Source: Chloroflexota bacterium (lineage in GTDB: Bacteria; Chloroflexota; Dehalococcoidia; Lucifugimonadales; UBA3495). Taken from it: 64,000 nucleotides of DNA. The notes beneath the pieces were generated by a model that saw nothing but the letters and a program-made list of their open reading frames with translations, searched no databases and was not told where the DNA came from. Numbering within the stretch: position 1 is the first letter of the stretch; each line of letters starts with the position of its first letter. The translations under genes were made by a program, and so were the position numbers. The stretch is taken from assembly GCA_002721995.1 (NCBI GenBank), contig PBMF01000019.1, forward strand, positions 6,102-70,101, written 5' to 3'. Shown here in pieces: positions 1 through 8,567 of this stretch.

Positions 1-84
1 ACAGCTATCGGCCAGAGACGGGATGGCGCCAGCATCACGGAAACACCGACGAGAATCGCGGTCCATGCCGAAGCGAGATGTGGA

Positions 85-339
85 CTAGCCATTAACAAGA
101 TGATTCCGAAAATGGTGACTAGTCCGCCTGAGGGTATCGGCCGATCGTACGGCAGCTCTCGTTAGAGACAGGGTCCATAACTGGATTCCAATCAGCACGA
201 TTAGTCCGACCCCGGAAACTATTTGTGCGGCGAAGACTGCCCTGTCCCAATGGGTCAATTCATCGACCGTTTGAACTACAATTTCTTCCATTACCAAACC
301 TCGATATGAATATATCGTCTCGGTAATACATATTTCCAC
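85..339 (-). CDS. hypothetical small membrane protein
   Basis: 84-codon ORF with one hydrophobic span (VSGVGLIVLIGIQLW). Lies in a lower-GC patch. No family recognised. Start uncertain (M1 or M17 at 291). Confidence 0.3.
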   Translation of the reverse strand: MEICITETIYSYRGLVMEEIVVQTVDELTHWDRAVFAAQIVSGVGLIVLIGIQLWTLSLTRAAVRSADTLRRTSHHFRNHLVNG

Positions 340-470
340 ATCGGATGATGGCGTATGCAGAGGTCTTTAGGTGGCGGTGCGCAACATCAGTGCAGTTTCG
401 TGTAGGTGAGGCGTCCCTGCGGTACAAAATAAGCGGATGAATGAAATATTGGCATCCCCTCCCACGTCAC

Positions 471-968
471 TCAGTAAAACCCCCGCCGCTCCCTGATCCA
501 GTCCAGCCGGCGCCGGCTCAGGGGCCACAGCTTGCAGAGGTCGGTCTTGGCTTCTTTGATCCCTGGCTGTTCGGGGAAGAGGGTTATCATCCAGAGGGAG
601 AGCATGACGAAGACCGGGGCGATGACCATGAGCAGCGGGCGGGCCAAGCGGTAACCCGACCACAGCGAGGCGGAGAGCAGCACCACCCCGAAGAAGGGCG
701 TGATTATCAGCCGGAACAGCAGGTGAATCGGCCCGCCCAGCATCTGGCCCAGCAGGTACAGCGGGTGGGCCAGGAACTTGAACACCCGGTCCAGCGGCAT
801 GGCCGCCGCGACAACCATATCGTTCAATTTGATGGCCGGGCCCAGCAGCCGGTCCGTTTCCTTCAGGGTCTCGATGTGGGCGTCCCACATCTCCAGCGCC
901 GTGCCGGTGAGGGTTATCGCCAGCCTCCGGTCGTGCTCTGAAGTTTCGTTGTTCCCGTTTTCGTCCAT
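471..968 (-). CDS. hypothetical integral membrane protein
   Basis: ORF 471..1040. Two to three hydrophobic helices (FRLIITPFFGVVLLSASLW; LLMVIAPVFVMLSLWMITLF). ATG at 968 preferred; 1040 is an alternative start. Confidence 0.45.
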   Translation of the reverse strand: MDENGNNETSEHDRRLAITLTGTALEMWDAHIETLKETDRLLGPAIKLNDMVVAAAMPLDRVFKFLAHPLYLLGQMLGGPIHLLFRLIITPFFGVVLLSASLWSGYRLARPLLMVIAPVFVMLSLWMITLFPEQPGIKEAKTDLCKLWPLSRRRLDWIRERRGFY

Positions 969-1078
969 GGTCTTTCCGCCCCTATATGCGGCCCCCCACT
1001 TTGGCCCGAAAGTGTATCCCACACATCGTCGCGATGCCACCCATCCACCTCCGGATCACCCTGCCATGGGCAGGCGCC

Positions 1079-1089
1079 TGTGATAGAAT
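1079..1089 (+). promoter_or_regulatory. candidate extended -10 promoter element (TGTGATAGAAT) for metG
   Basis: TGnTAGAAT lies 42 nt upstream of the metG start. The 15-nt string CGCCTGTGATAGAAT is repeated exactly at 18258-18272. Confidence 0.45.
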
Positions 1090-1130
1090 ATCCGTGCCCA
1101 AATCCGTAAATCGTAACTGGATATCTCCGC

Positions 1131-2822
1131 TTGCCTGAACGCATATTGGTCGCCGTTGCCTGGCCCTACGCCAACGGCCCCCTGCACCTGGGCCACATCG
1201 CCGGCTGTTACCTGAGCGCCGACATCTTTGCCCGTTACCACCGCATGAAGGGCGACGACGTCCTCATGGTCTCCGGCAGCGACACCCACGGCACCCCAAT
1301 AACGATCAGGGCCGACCAGGAAGGCATCACTCCCGAGGAAGTGGTGGACCGCTACCACGGGATGTTCCTGAAGTCCTGGGAGCAGTTGGGAATCACCTTC
1401 GACCTGTTCACCACCACCAACACCGAGAACCACCAGAAGGTGGTCCACGACGTGTTCAAGTCCCTTCACGAGAAGGGCTACATATATACCGACAACATGC
1501 TCCTGGCCTACTGTCCCCAGTGCGATCGGTACCTGCCCGACCGCTACGTCGAGGGCACCTGTCCCCACTGCCAGAACGGCCGGGCCCGGGGCGACCAATG
1601 CGACGCCTGCGGCCGCACCCTGGACCCCCAGGAACTGGTGGGACCCCACTGCTCCATCTGCGACACCACCCCCGAGTTCCGGGACTCGGAGCACTTCTTC
1701 CTAAAGCTCTCGGCCTTCGAGCAGCCGCTGTTGGAATGGGTGGAAAAGCAGGACCACTGGCGTTCCAACGTCAAGAACTTCACCCGCCAGTTCCTCCGCG
1801 ACGGCCTCAAGGACCGGGCCATCACCCGCGACCTGTCCTGGGGCGTGCCCCTGCCCCTGGAAGGCTACGAGTCCAAGCGCATCTACGTCTGGTTCGAGGC
1901 GGTGATCGGCTACCTGTCGGCGGCGGTGGAATGGTCCCAGCAGAACGGCTCCGGCAACTGGGAGGACTTCTGGAAGGACGCCGACACCAAGAGCTACTAT
2001 TTCATCGGCAAGGACAATATCCCCTTCCACAGCATCATCTGGCCCGCCATCATCATGGCCTATGGCGACGGCCTGAACCTGCCCTACGACGTGCCGGCCA
2101 ACGAGTTCCTCAGCCTGGAGAACCAGAAGTTCTCCACCAGCCAGAACTGGGCCGTGTGGGTGCCCGACTACCTGGAGCGCTACGACCCCGACCCCCTGCG
2201 CTACCTGCTGTCCATCAACATGCCCGAGTCCGGCGACGCCGATTTCTCCTGGTCAGGGTTCGTCCGCCGCAACAACGAAGAACTGGTGGCGACCTACGGC
2301 AACCTGGTGAACCGGGTGCTCTCCTTCACCTTCCGTAACTTTGAAGGCAAGGTCCCCGGTGTTCAGTCCCTGGATGAAGTTGACGAGGGCCTGCTCCGCA
2401 CCGCCCGGGAGACCATGGACTCGGTGGACGAGAGCCTCCACAACTGCCGGTTCAAGGCCGCCATAGCCCAGGCCTTCAGCCTGGCCCAGGAGGCCAACCG
2501 CTACCTGGACACCAAGGCCCCGTGGCAGTCCATCAAGGAGGACCGGGCGCTGGCCGGTTCCAGCCTCACCGTGGCCATGAAGGCCATCAACTGCCTGAAG
2601 ACGGTGCTCTATCCATTCATGCCCTTCAGCTCCCAGAAGGTCCACGAGTTCCTGGGCTTCGACGGCCGGATCGAGTCGGAAAGATGGGACTACCAGGCCC
2701 TGGTGGACGCCATCCAAGCCGGGGCGGACCTGCGCCAGCCCTCGCCCCTGTATACTAAGCTGGACCCGGAAATAATCGAAGAAGAAGTCCAAAAACTGGG
2801 CATCGCAGCGCCCAGCGAGTGA
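1131..2822 (+). CDS. metG: methionine--tRNA ligase
   Basis: Class I aaRS motifs: WPYANGPLHLGH (HIGH-type) and KFSTSQ (KMSKS-type). Zn knuckles CPQC/CPHC/CDAC/CSIC. TTG start, TGA stop. Confidence 0.93.
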   Translation: MPERILVAVAWPYANGPLHLGHIAGCYLSADIFARYHRMKGDDVLMVSGSDTHGTPITIRADQEGITPEEVVDRYHGMFLKSWEQLGITFDLFTTTNTENHQKVVHDVFKSLHEKGYIYTDNMLLAYCPQCDRYLPDRYVEGTCPHCQNGRARGDQCDACGRTLDPQELVGPHCSICDTTPEFRDSEHFFLKLSAFEQPLLEWVEKQDHWRSNVKNFTRQFLRDGLKDRAITRDLSWGVPLPLEGYESKRIYVWFEAVIGYLSAAVEWSQQNGSGNWEDFWKDADTKSYYFIGKDNIPFHSIIWPAIIMAYGDGLNLPYDVPANEFLSLENQKFSTSQNWAVWVPDYLERYDPDPLRYLLSINMPESGDADFSWSGFVRRNNEELVATYGNLVNRVLSFTFRNFEGKVPGVQSLDEVDEGLLRTARETMDSVDESLHNCRFKAAIAQAFSLAQEANRYLDTKAPWQSIKEDRALAGSSLTVAMKAINCLKTVLYPFMPFSSQKVHEFLGFDGRIESERWDYQALVDAIQAGADLRQPSPLYTKLDPEIIEEEVQKLGIAAPSE

Positions 2823-2823
2823 A

Positions 2824-3807
2824 ATGCTCCACGGTCTAGACCAACACACCAACTCCATCTATGCACCGGTCCAAGAAGGACTGGTCAAGGTGGAAGAGAA
2901 ATTGCGCAGCCTGGCGAAAGCCGAGACATCCCACGTTAAGCCCCTGCTCCAGTACGTGACCGAAGCCGGCGGCAAACGGGTGCGGCCCGCCATCACCCTG
3001 CTGGCAGCCCAGTTCCACCCCCACGACCCGGCTCGCCCCGTGCTCATGGCCAGCGCCGTGGAACTGCTGCACCTGGCCACCCTGATCCACGACGACACGG
3101 TGGACAACTCGCCCCTGCGTCGGGGCCGGTCCACGGTCAGCAACACCTGGAACTCCCACGTGGCCGTGCTCTTCGGCGACTACGTCTTCGCTACGTCGGC
3201 CACCTTCGTCTGCGACACCCAGAACATCCGGGTGATCCGCCGCTTCTCTGAGACCATCATGGAGCTGGCCAGCGGTCAGTTGATGGAGTATTTCACGGCC
3301 TTCGACCCGGTCCAGGCCCGTAACCTCTACAACGACCGCATCTACCGCAAGACTGCATCCCTGTTCTGTACCGCCAGCGAGTCGGGCGCTCTGTTGGGGG
3401 AGGCCCCGGAGGAAGAGGTTCAGGCGCTCAAGGACTATGGCTACAACCTGGGCATGGCTTTCCAGGTGGGCGACGACCTGCTGGATTTCCAGGGCGACCC
3501 CACTGACCTGGGCAAGCCGGTGGGTAGCGACCTGATGAACGGAGTTCTGACCCTGCCGACCATCATGCTCCTGGAACGCTACCCCAACGACGACCTGGTG
3601 CCCTCCCTGTTCCAGGACCCCACCGACCAGGCCAAGCTGCAAAAGGTGCTGGAGGTCATCAACAACTCGGCCATCCTGGCCGACTGCGAGCAGGTGGTCC
3701 AGGACTACTGTGACAAGGCCCGCCAGTCCCTACAGATACTCCCCGACTGCGCCCCCAAACAATCCCTCCTAGACCTGACCGACTACGTAACCGCCCGCCG
3801 CCGCTAG
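2824..3807 (+). CDS. polyprenyl diphosphate synthase (IspB/HepT-like)
   Basis: Two Asp-rich motifs: LIHDDTVDN and FQVGDDLLDF. The ATG lies 1 nt after the metG stop, suggesting translational coupling. Confidence 0.88.
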   Translation: MLHGLDQHTNSIYAPVQEGLVKVEEKLRSLAKAETSHVKPLLQYVTEAGGKRVRPAITLLAAQFHPHDPARPVLMASAVELLHLATLIHDDTVDNSPLRRGRSTVSNTWNSHVAVLFGDYVFATSATFVCDTQNIRVIRRFSETIMELASGQLMEYFTAFDPVQARNLYNDRIYRKTASLFCTASESGALLGEAPEEEVQALKDYGYNLGMAFQVGDDLLDFQGDPTDLGKPVGSDLMNGVLTLPTIMLLERYPNDDLVPSLFQDPTDQAKLQKVLEVINNSAILADCEQVVQDYCDKARQSLQILPDCAPKQSLLDLTDYVTARRR

Positions 3808-3891
3808 CCGGCACCGGCTGAGCCGGGTCTCCACCGGACGGGTGGCCCAGGCCTGGTGGGGGATTCTTGCCAGTGAGCTACGAGGTGGCGG

Positions 3892-3992
3892 CCGTTCGTG
3901 GTGAGCCCGTCGAACCACCGCCCACGCCGCCGGACACACTTTCCCCAGTTGGTTGACTGGCGAGGCCCCTTCGACAAGCTCAGGATGAGCGG
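3892..3992. repeat. A-type ~100-nt imperfect palindromic intergenic element, copy 1
   Basis: Left arm CCGTTCGTGGTGAGCCCGTCGAA pairs with right arm TTCGACAAGCTCAGGATGAGCGG. About 75% similar to 4227-4323 and 47013-47093. Confidence 0.75.
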
Positions 3993-4018
3993 ATTTTGGG
4001 ATTGCAGCCAAACCGCAA

Positions 4019-4047
4019 CGTCATTCCAGCGACGGCTGGAATCCAGG
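4019..4047. repeat. B-type hairpin repeat (GTCATTCCAGC-GACG-GCTGGAATCCAG)
   Basis: 8-bp stem ATTCCAGC/GCTGGAAT. Related inverted copy at 4090-4117 and a half copy at 47120-47132. Confidence 0.7.
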
Positions 4048-4089
4048 AAATGTTCCATATCCCTGCCGTTTGATTTGCCAAGAGCCTAA

Positions 4090-4117
4090 CTGGATTCCGG
4101 CCTGCGCCGGAATGACG
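4090..4117. repeat. B-type hairpin repeat, inverted orientation
   Basis: CTGGATTCCGGC-CTGC-GCCGGAATGACG. Same family as 4019-4047, on the opposite strand. Confidence 0.7.
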
Positions 4118-4158
4118 CGAGGCAGGACGTATTCATGGAACACGGCAACAAAGCTGTA

Positions 4159-4178
4159 GGGTGGGTTCCAACCCACCC
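4159..4178. repeat. C-type GC-rich hairpin (GGGTGGGTT-CC-AACCCACCC)
   Basis: Perfect 8-9 bp stem. Same architecture as GGGCGGGTT..AACCCGCCC at 28137-28161 and 46941-46969. Confidence 0.65.
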
Positions 4179-4226
4179 GGCTACCCAGCAAACCGAATTC
4201 CAACCGGCTAGACTAGCCTGCACCTG

Positions 4227-4323
4227 CTCATGGTGAGCCTGTCAAACCACCTCCGCTCCGCATGACACACTTCCACCTTTGGGATGACTGATGCACGCCC
4301 TTCGATAGGCTCAGGACGAACGG
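4227..4323. repeat. A-type palindromic intergenic element, copy 2
   Basis: CTCATGGTGAGCCTGTCAAACCACC...GCCCTTCGATAGGCTCAGGACGAACGG. Direct repeat of 3892-3992. Confidence 0.75.
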
Positions 4324-4355
4324 TTTGTGAGGTGGCCAGTGAGGAGCGGGTCCGC

Positions 4356-5066
4356 CTAATGCTCCGCGGCTTCTGACCTGACGGGGTTGTAGGTGACCCT
4401 GACCACCGGCGACTGGGACTCGTTCTTCCACTGGTGGTGTTCGTTGGGCGGCACCAGGATGGAGTCGCCCGCCGTCACCGTGTAGTCCTTGCCGCCGCAG
4501 ACCAGTGTGGCAGTGCCCTCCAGCATGTAGACCACGTGCTCCCACTCGTGGGTGTGACCGCCGGTATCGGCGTGGCTCACCGCGCCGGGCGCCATGGGGT
4601 CGTTGTGGAGCATGACGTAGTTGGGCGCGCCGTCCTTGCTGCCCAGCAGCACGTGCCCCTGGGAGCGGTCCAGCTCGGTGTGGTTGCGGATCACCGGTGG
4701 CACTCCGGTGCCCTGTCCGCCGTCGTTCGGGGCCCCTCCGCTCTGAGCGGCAATCAGAGGGTTGATCTCGATGCGGTGGATGTCGCCCTGGCCGCCGTTG
4801 TTCAGGGTGTAATGGTCAACGTTGGGCGGAATGAACATGGCGTCTCCGGCCTTAACCGGGTACTCCTTGCCGTCGCAGATGAGAGTCCCGCTGCCCTGGA
4901 TGATGTAAACCTCATGCTCCCATTCGTGGATGTGGTGAGAGCTGGTCTCGCCGGGCTTGATGTGGGAGAAAGTCATGGTGCAGGTGGGCGGGTTGTCGTC
5001 CAGGGTCACCAACCGGGCCCTGGCGCCGTCGAAGATTTCGTTCGTGCTTCTGATTACCGGTTCCAT
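4356..5066 (-). CDS. bicupin (two tandem cupin domains) protein
   Basis: Two cupin barrels with His-rich metal motifs: SSHHIHEWEHEVYI and GGHTHEWEHVVYM. SD AGGAGG upstream of the ATG. Confidence 0.8.
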   Translation of the reverse strand: MEPVIRSTNEIFDGARARLVTLDDNPPTCTMTFSHIKPGETSSHHIHEWEHEVYIIQGSGTLICDGKEYPVKAGDAMFIPPNVDHYTLNNGGQGDIHRIEINPLIAAQSGGAPNDGGQGTGVPPVIRNHTELDRSQGHVLLGSKDGAPNYVMLHNDPMAPGAVSHADTGGHTHEWEHVVYMLEGTATLVCGGKDYTVTAGDSILVPPNEHHQWKNESQSPVVRVTYNPVRSEAAEH

Positions 5067-5108
5067 GGGAATTTCCTCCTAGATTGCTCGATTGGATGGT
5101 TGTTTCTA

Positions 5109-6128
5109 TTACTCCACCCGGTAGACCCGGACGGCGGTGTCGTGGAACATCTGCACCCGCTCGGTCTCCGAGTAGCCCTTGGTCAGGCGCTTGAAGGCGT
5201 TGTAGAGGATGTTGTAGGAATGGCCCACCTTGTCCGGCGGGAAATTGCTTTCGATCATGCAGCGGTCAGGCCCGAACTGCTGGATGCAGTAGTCCATATA
5301 GGGGGCCATGGTCTCGGCCAGTTCCTCGGAGCCGATGGGTTTGTCCCTGGCAGCCCAGTCGTAGCCGGTTCGGGGCTGGCCGATGCCGCCCAGCTTGACC
5401 ACCACGTTGGGGCACTTGGCCACCTCGGCGATGCTCTTCTGCCAGGTGGGGATCACCTCATCGTCCCGGTTGGCGTAGGGGCCGACCCGCAGCATGCCGC
5501 CGATGTGGTTCAAGATGATGGTCAGGTCCGGTACTGCTTGGGCGAACTCCACCAACTGGGGAAGTTGGGGGAAGTACATCCAGGCGTCGAAGGTCAGGCC
5601 CATGCGCGCCAACACCCTGGCCCCCGCCCGGAAGTTTTCGTCGGGCATCTGGTCCTTCAGACCGTAGGAGTTGTTGGCGATGCGGGGGTCGTCGTCCCAG
5701 GTGAGCCCGTGGCGGATGCCCCGGAAACGCTGGGGGCTGGCGGCTTGCAGGGCCTCCAAAACTGGGGCCACTCCCTCGCCCAGGTTCAGGTTGGCGTGAC
5801 CGACGATGGACGCCGCGGCCTTGGCTGGTCCGTAGAGTCCGGTGGCAGCGGCGGCTGCCAGGCCCTGGACGAACTCCACCTCGCCCACCGGCTTCATCTC
5901 CTCGGGCCCGTCGGGACGGTACATGGCCCGGGTCTCGACGAACACCGTGGAGCGCACGTTGTGCCCGCTGTTCAGGTCGTCATACAGCTCGGGCAGCAGG
6001 TAATTCTGGTAGGGGATGCGGGCCGGACGCCGGTCCCAGAAGTGGTGGTGAGGGTCGCAGATGGGAATGTCCGGCTCCAAGGTCTCCTCTTGGGTCAGGG
6101 AATGCCAGTCGTTGCCTCCGAAGGGCAT
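5109..6128 (-). CDS. amidohydrolase-2 family metal-dependent hydrolase (TIM barrel)
   Basis: N-terminal CDPHHHFWD metal motif typical of the PF04909-like family. SD GGAGG upstream. Confidence 0.8.
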   Translation of the reverse strand: MPFGGNDWHSLTQEETLEPDIPICDPHHHFWDRRPARIPYQNYLLPELYDDLNSGHNVRSTVFVETRAMYRPDGPEEMKPVGEVEFVQGLAAAAATGLYGPAKAAASIVGHANLNLGEGVAPVLEALQAASPQRFRGIRHGLTWDDDPRIANNSYGLKDQMPDENFRAGARVLARMGLTFDAWMYFPQLPQLVEFAQAVPDLTIILNHIGGMLRVGPYANRDDEVIPTWQKSIAEVAKCPNVVVKLGGIGQPRTGYDWAARDKPIGSEELAETMAPYMDYCIQQFGPDRCMIESNFPPDKVGHSYNILYNAFKRLTKGYSETERVQMFHDTAVRVYRVE

Positions 6129-6182
6129 GAGGGCGCCTCCAGTCCAGAGTTAGCGAGGCCCGATGATACCACGCCTACCGTA

Positions 6183-7709
6183 CTAACGCCCCTCCCAGAC
6201 CCGCTTGCCACCGATCATGGTCATCTTGGCCTTGATGTCCTTCAGTCCCTCGGGGTCGATGGCAAGCGGGTCGGCGTCCACCAGCACCAGGTCGGCCAGT
6301 TTGCCGGGAGCGATTGAACCCTTCTCGGTTTGGGTGCCCTCGGACTCCGCCCCGGACAGGGTGTACATCCGCAGGGCATCCGCGACGCCGACTTTGTTGG
6401 CGTCTCTGGGGAACTCCTGACTTTGGTGGTCCTTGCGGGTGACGGCGCTGTAGATGGCCGGCCAGGGGTTTGGGTTGGTCACCGGTGAGTCCGAACTGAA
6501 CACCACCCCGATGCCTGCGGACGCCAGCGCCCCGATGGGATAGAGGTGGGGCTGCAGGTCCGCCGAAACGTTCTTGCGGTAGCCGGGGCCGTTCCAGTGC
6601 ACCAGCCCGGGTTGGGTGACCACCATGGCCCCGCTGCTCTGCACCGCCGCCAGTGTCTCCGGTGGGCACTCGGAGCAGTGTTCGATGCGGTGGGGTACGG
6701 ATAGCTTGGGCAGCCCGGCGATCACCTGAGCCGCCGCCAGCACCGTCTCTTCTTCCACACAGTGGACAGCAACCGGGAAGCCTGCCTGGCAGGCTTGGGC
6801 GGCCAGTTCGGAAAATTCCTCCAAGCTGGGGTGCAGGGCGCCGGTGCTCATGGTCAGCACGATCTTGGCGTGGCCCTGCCGGAGCCAATCGTCACCCGGA
6901 AGCGCGGACAGCTCATGCACTCGGCCGGCCCCGGCCATCATGGTCACCCGGGCCTGCAGGGTTTCGGCGTCGATCAAATCACGGAAGGCCTGCCATCTTT
7001 CGGGGCCGTTCTCCGGGCCGGCGTCCTGGAGCGAGGTTATGCCGTAGCTGAGCAGCAGCCGGTTGGCGGCGGTGACACCCTGGGCCATCTTGTTCCGGCT
7101 GCGTCCCCAGTCCACCCGCTGGGCCAGGTACCCCGCCATCTCAAGGAGCACGCCGGTGGGTTCGCCGCTCTCGTCCCGCTCGATGACGCCCTCCACCGGG
7201 TCCGGGGTGTCGGCGTTGATACCGGCCAACTGGAGTCCCAGGCTGTTCAGCACCACGGCGTGGCCGGAGCGGTGGTCCAGCCGCACTGGATGGCGGGGCG
7301 AAATCACGTCCAAGTCGTGCCGAGTCGGATGGCGCGACTCGTCCAGGGCCAGGTGGTCGTACCCGTAGCACCTGACCCATTCGCCCGGCGGTACGATGCG
7401 GGCCCATTCGAAGACCCGGTGGGCGATGGCCGCCACAGAGGACGCCCGGTCGGGACGGCAGTCCAGCTCCTGGGTGGTTCGGGCCAGGGATAGGAGATGT
7501 ATGTGGGAATCGATGAACCCGGGCAGCAATGTCATCCCTTGGCCATCTATCTCCCGGGTGTCGGGCCCCGCCAGGCTTCTAATCTCATCGTTGCTGCCCA
7601 CCGCCAGGATGCGGTCTCCCGCCACAGCCACCGCCTGGCCCGTGGGACCGGCGGAGTCCATGGTGAGTACGTTGGCGTTCAAGATTATCGAGTCGGGCTG
7701 CTGCGGCAT
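6183..7709 (-). CDS. amidohydrolase-3 family (YtcJ-like) metal-dependent hydrolase
   Basis: [10 protein letters not shown] motif. Starts NANVLTMD and ends [10 protein letters not shown], with family-typical length. Start chosen at the ATG with SD GAGGGA; the ORF extends to 7739. Confidence 0.82.
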   Translation of the reverse strand: MPQQPDSIILNANVLTMDSAGPTGQAVAVAGDRILAVGSNDEIRSLAGPDTREIDGQGMTLLPGFIDSHIHLLSLARTTQELDCRPDRASSVAAIAHRVFEWARIVPPGEWVRCYGYDHLALDESRHPTRHDLDVISPRHPVRLDHRSGHAVVLNSLGLQLAGINADTPDPVEGVIERDESGEPTGVLLEMAGYLAQRVDWGRSRNKMAQGVTAANRLLLSYGITSLQDAGPENGPERWQAFRDLIDAETLQARVTMMAGAGRVHELSALPGDDWLRQGHAKIVLTMSTGALHPSLEEFSELAAQACQAGFPVAVHCVEEETVLAAAQVIAGLPKLSVPHRIEHCSECPPETLAAVQSSGAMVVTQPGLVHWNGPGYRKNVSADLQPHLYPIGALASAGIGVVFSSDSPVTNPNPWPAIYSAVTRKDHQSQEFPRDANKVGVADALRMYTLSGAESEGTQTEKGSIAPGKLADLVLVDADPLAIDPEGLKDIKAKMTMIGGKRVWEGR

Positions 7710-7812
7710 AAAGGGCATATCCCTCGGTATCAAAATCAAACAAAAAAGGGGATGACCATTTGGTCATCCCCCTAACTTTACCCTCAGTGGATGGGAAAGT
7801 GTTAGTCGCTAT

Positions 7813-8343
7813 TTACCCGTTGGATTCCACCATGCGGGCCTTGTCCATCTCCTCTTGGAGGGCGGGCACCGGGTTCTTGTCGGCGAAGACGTAGGGGTTG
7901 GAGTAGTCCGGGGCCTTGCCGGTGGGATTGGTGATCTAGACCGAGGCCTTCAGGGCGATGCCGCTGAAGTCGTGGAAGTAGATTTAGTGGATGAAGTTGT
8001 GGTCAACCACCGTGGTCACTTGCTGACCGGCTTGGACCAGGCGGTCTTGCAGCTCCAGCAGTTCCTCTTCGGTCTCCACATCGAAGGAGACGTGGTCGAA
8101 CTGGATGCGTCCGGCGGCTTCCAATCCGGCGGGCTTGTGGAAGTCCTCGGCGCCCTCCCACTCGAAGAAGGCGATGGTCGAGTTGGGGCCGGTCTCGAAG
8201 AAATAGTGCCGGGCGTGCAGGCCGTTGGGGTTGTTGCCGATGGCCGCAACCAGGGGGAATCCCATAACGTCCCTGTAGAAGCGGACGGTCTTTTCCATGT
8301 CGTTGGTCACCATGGCCAGGTGGTTGATTCCGCGAGTCTTCAT
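7813..8343 (-). pseudogene. VOC (glyoxalase/dioxygenase) family gene interrupted by in-frame TAA (7984-7986) and TAG (7936-7938)
   Basis: ORF 7984..8343 begins MKTRGINHLAMVTNDMEKTVRFYRDVMGFPL. The same frame continues FIH*IYFHDFSGIALKASV*ITNPTGK... to a TAA at 7813. The family-typical H-x-I-Y-F-x-D-x-x-G motif spans the first stop. Confidence 0.65.
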
Positions 8344-8529
8344 CTTCCCTCCAGGGATTTAGCCGTCGATTTTTGGAGTGTATCACCGGGGCTTAACGTC
8401 TGCCCCTTCCAGTACTTGGGGGCGCAAAGTAGTTGCATGAGCAAGTATTATTGAGCAACGATACAGGAAAGAAGTTGCGGTGTCAACTATTTTTATTAAC
8501 CCTAGCATGAATGAATAGGGTCGGTGGTG

Positions 8530-8535
8530 TAGAAT
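8530..8535 (+). promoter_or_regulatory. candidate -10 element TAGAAT (GTGTAGAAT)
   Basis: Same hexamer as the other candidate promoters. Lies upstream of SD ACAGGGAG and the TTG at 8568. Confidence 0.3.
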
Positions 8536-8567
8536 TTTCCCTACCAGGCACGAGAACAGGGAGCGAA

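Noticed and set aside
3808-4355. A CRISPR array.
   Set aside because: The repeats are palindromic, belong to three different families, sit in mixed orientations and have irregular spacing. There are no uniform repeat-spacer units and no cas genes.
3769-4545. Track ORFs 3769..4011, 3804..4058, 3898..4089, 4021..4203 and 4228..4545, plus 46874..47101 and 27996..28211, considered as possible small proteins.
   Set aside because: They are translations of the A/B/C intergenic repeat elements (the SLSKG, PELVEG, FDKLRMSG, IPAQAGIQ and GGLETRPY peptides). They overlap each other on both strands and have no RBS.
4434-6317. A 627-aa ORF on the + strand. There are many similar long ORFs, for example 15175..16662 (-), 39372..40931 (+), 37864..38841 (+), 49333..50925 (+), 54006..55103 (+), 57924..58925 (-) and 22315..23589 (-).
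   Set aside because: They lie antisense to, or out of frame with, genes carrying clear family motifs. They are rich in Arg/Gly/Ala/His/Pro low-complexity sequence and have no motifs or RBS. These are typical shadow ORFs of high-GC DNA.
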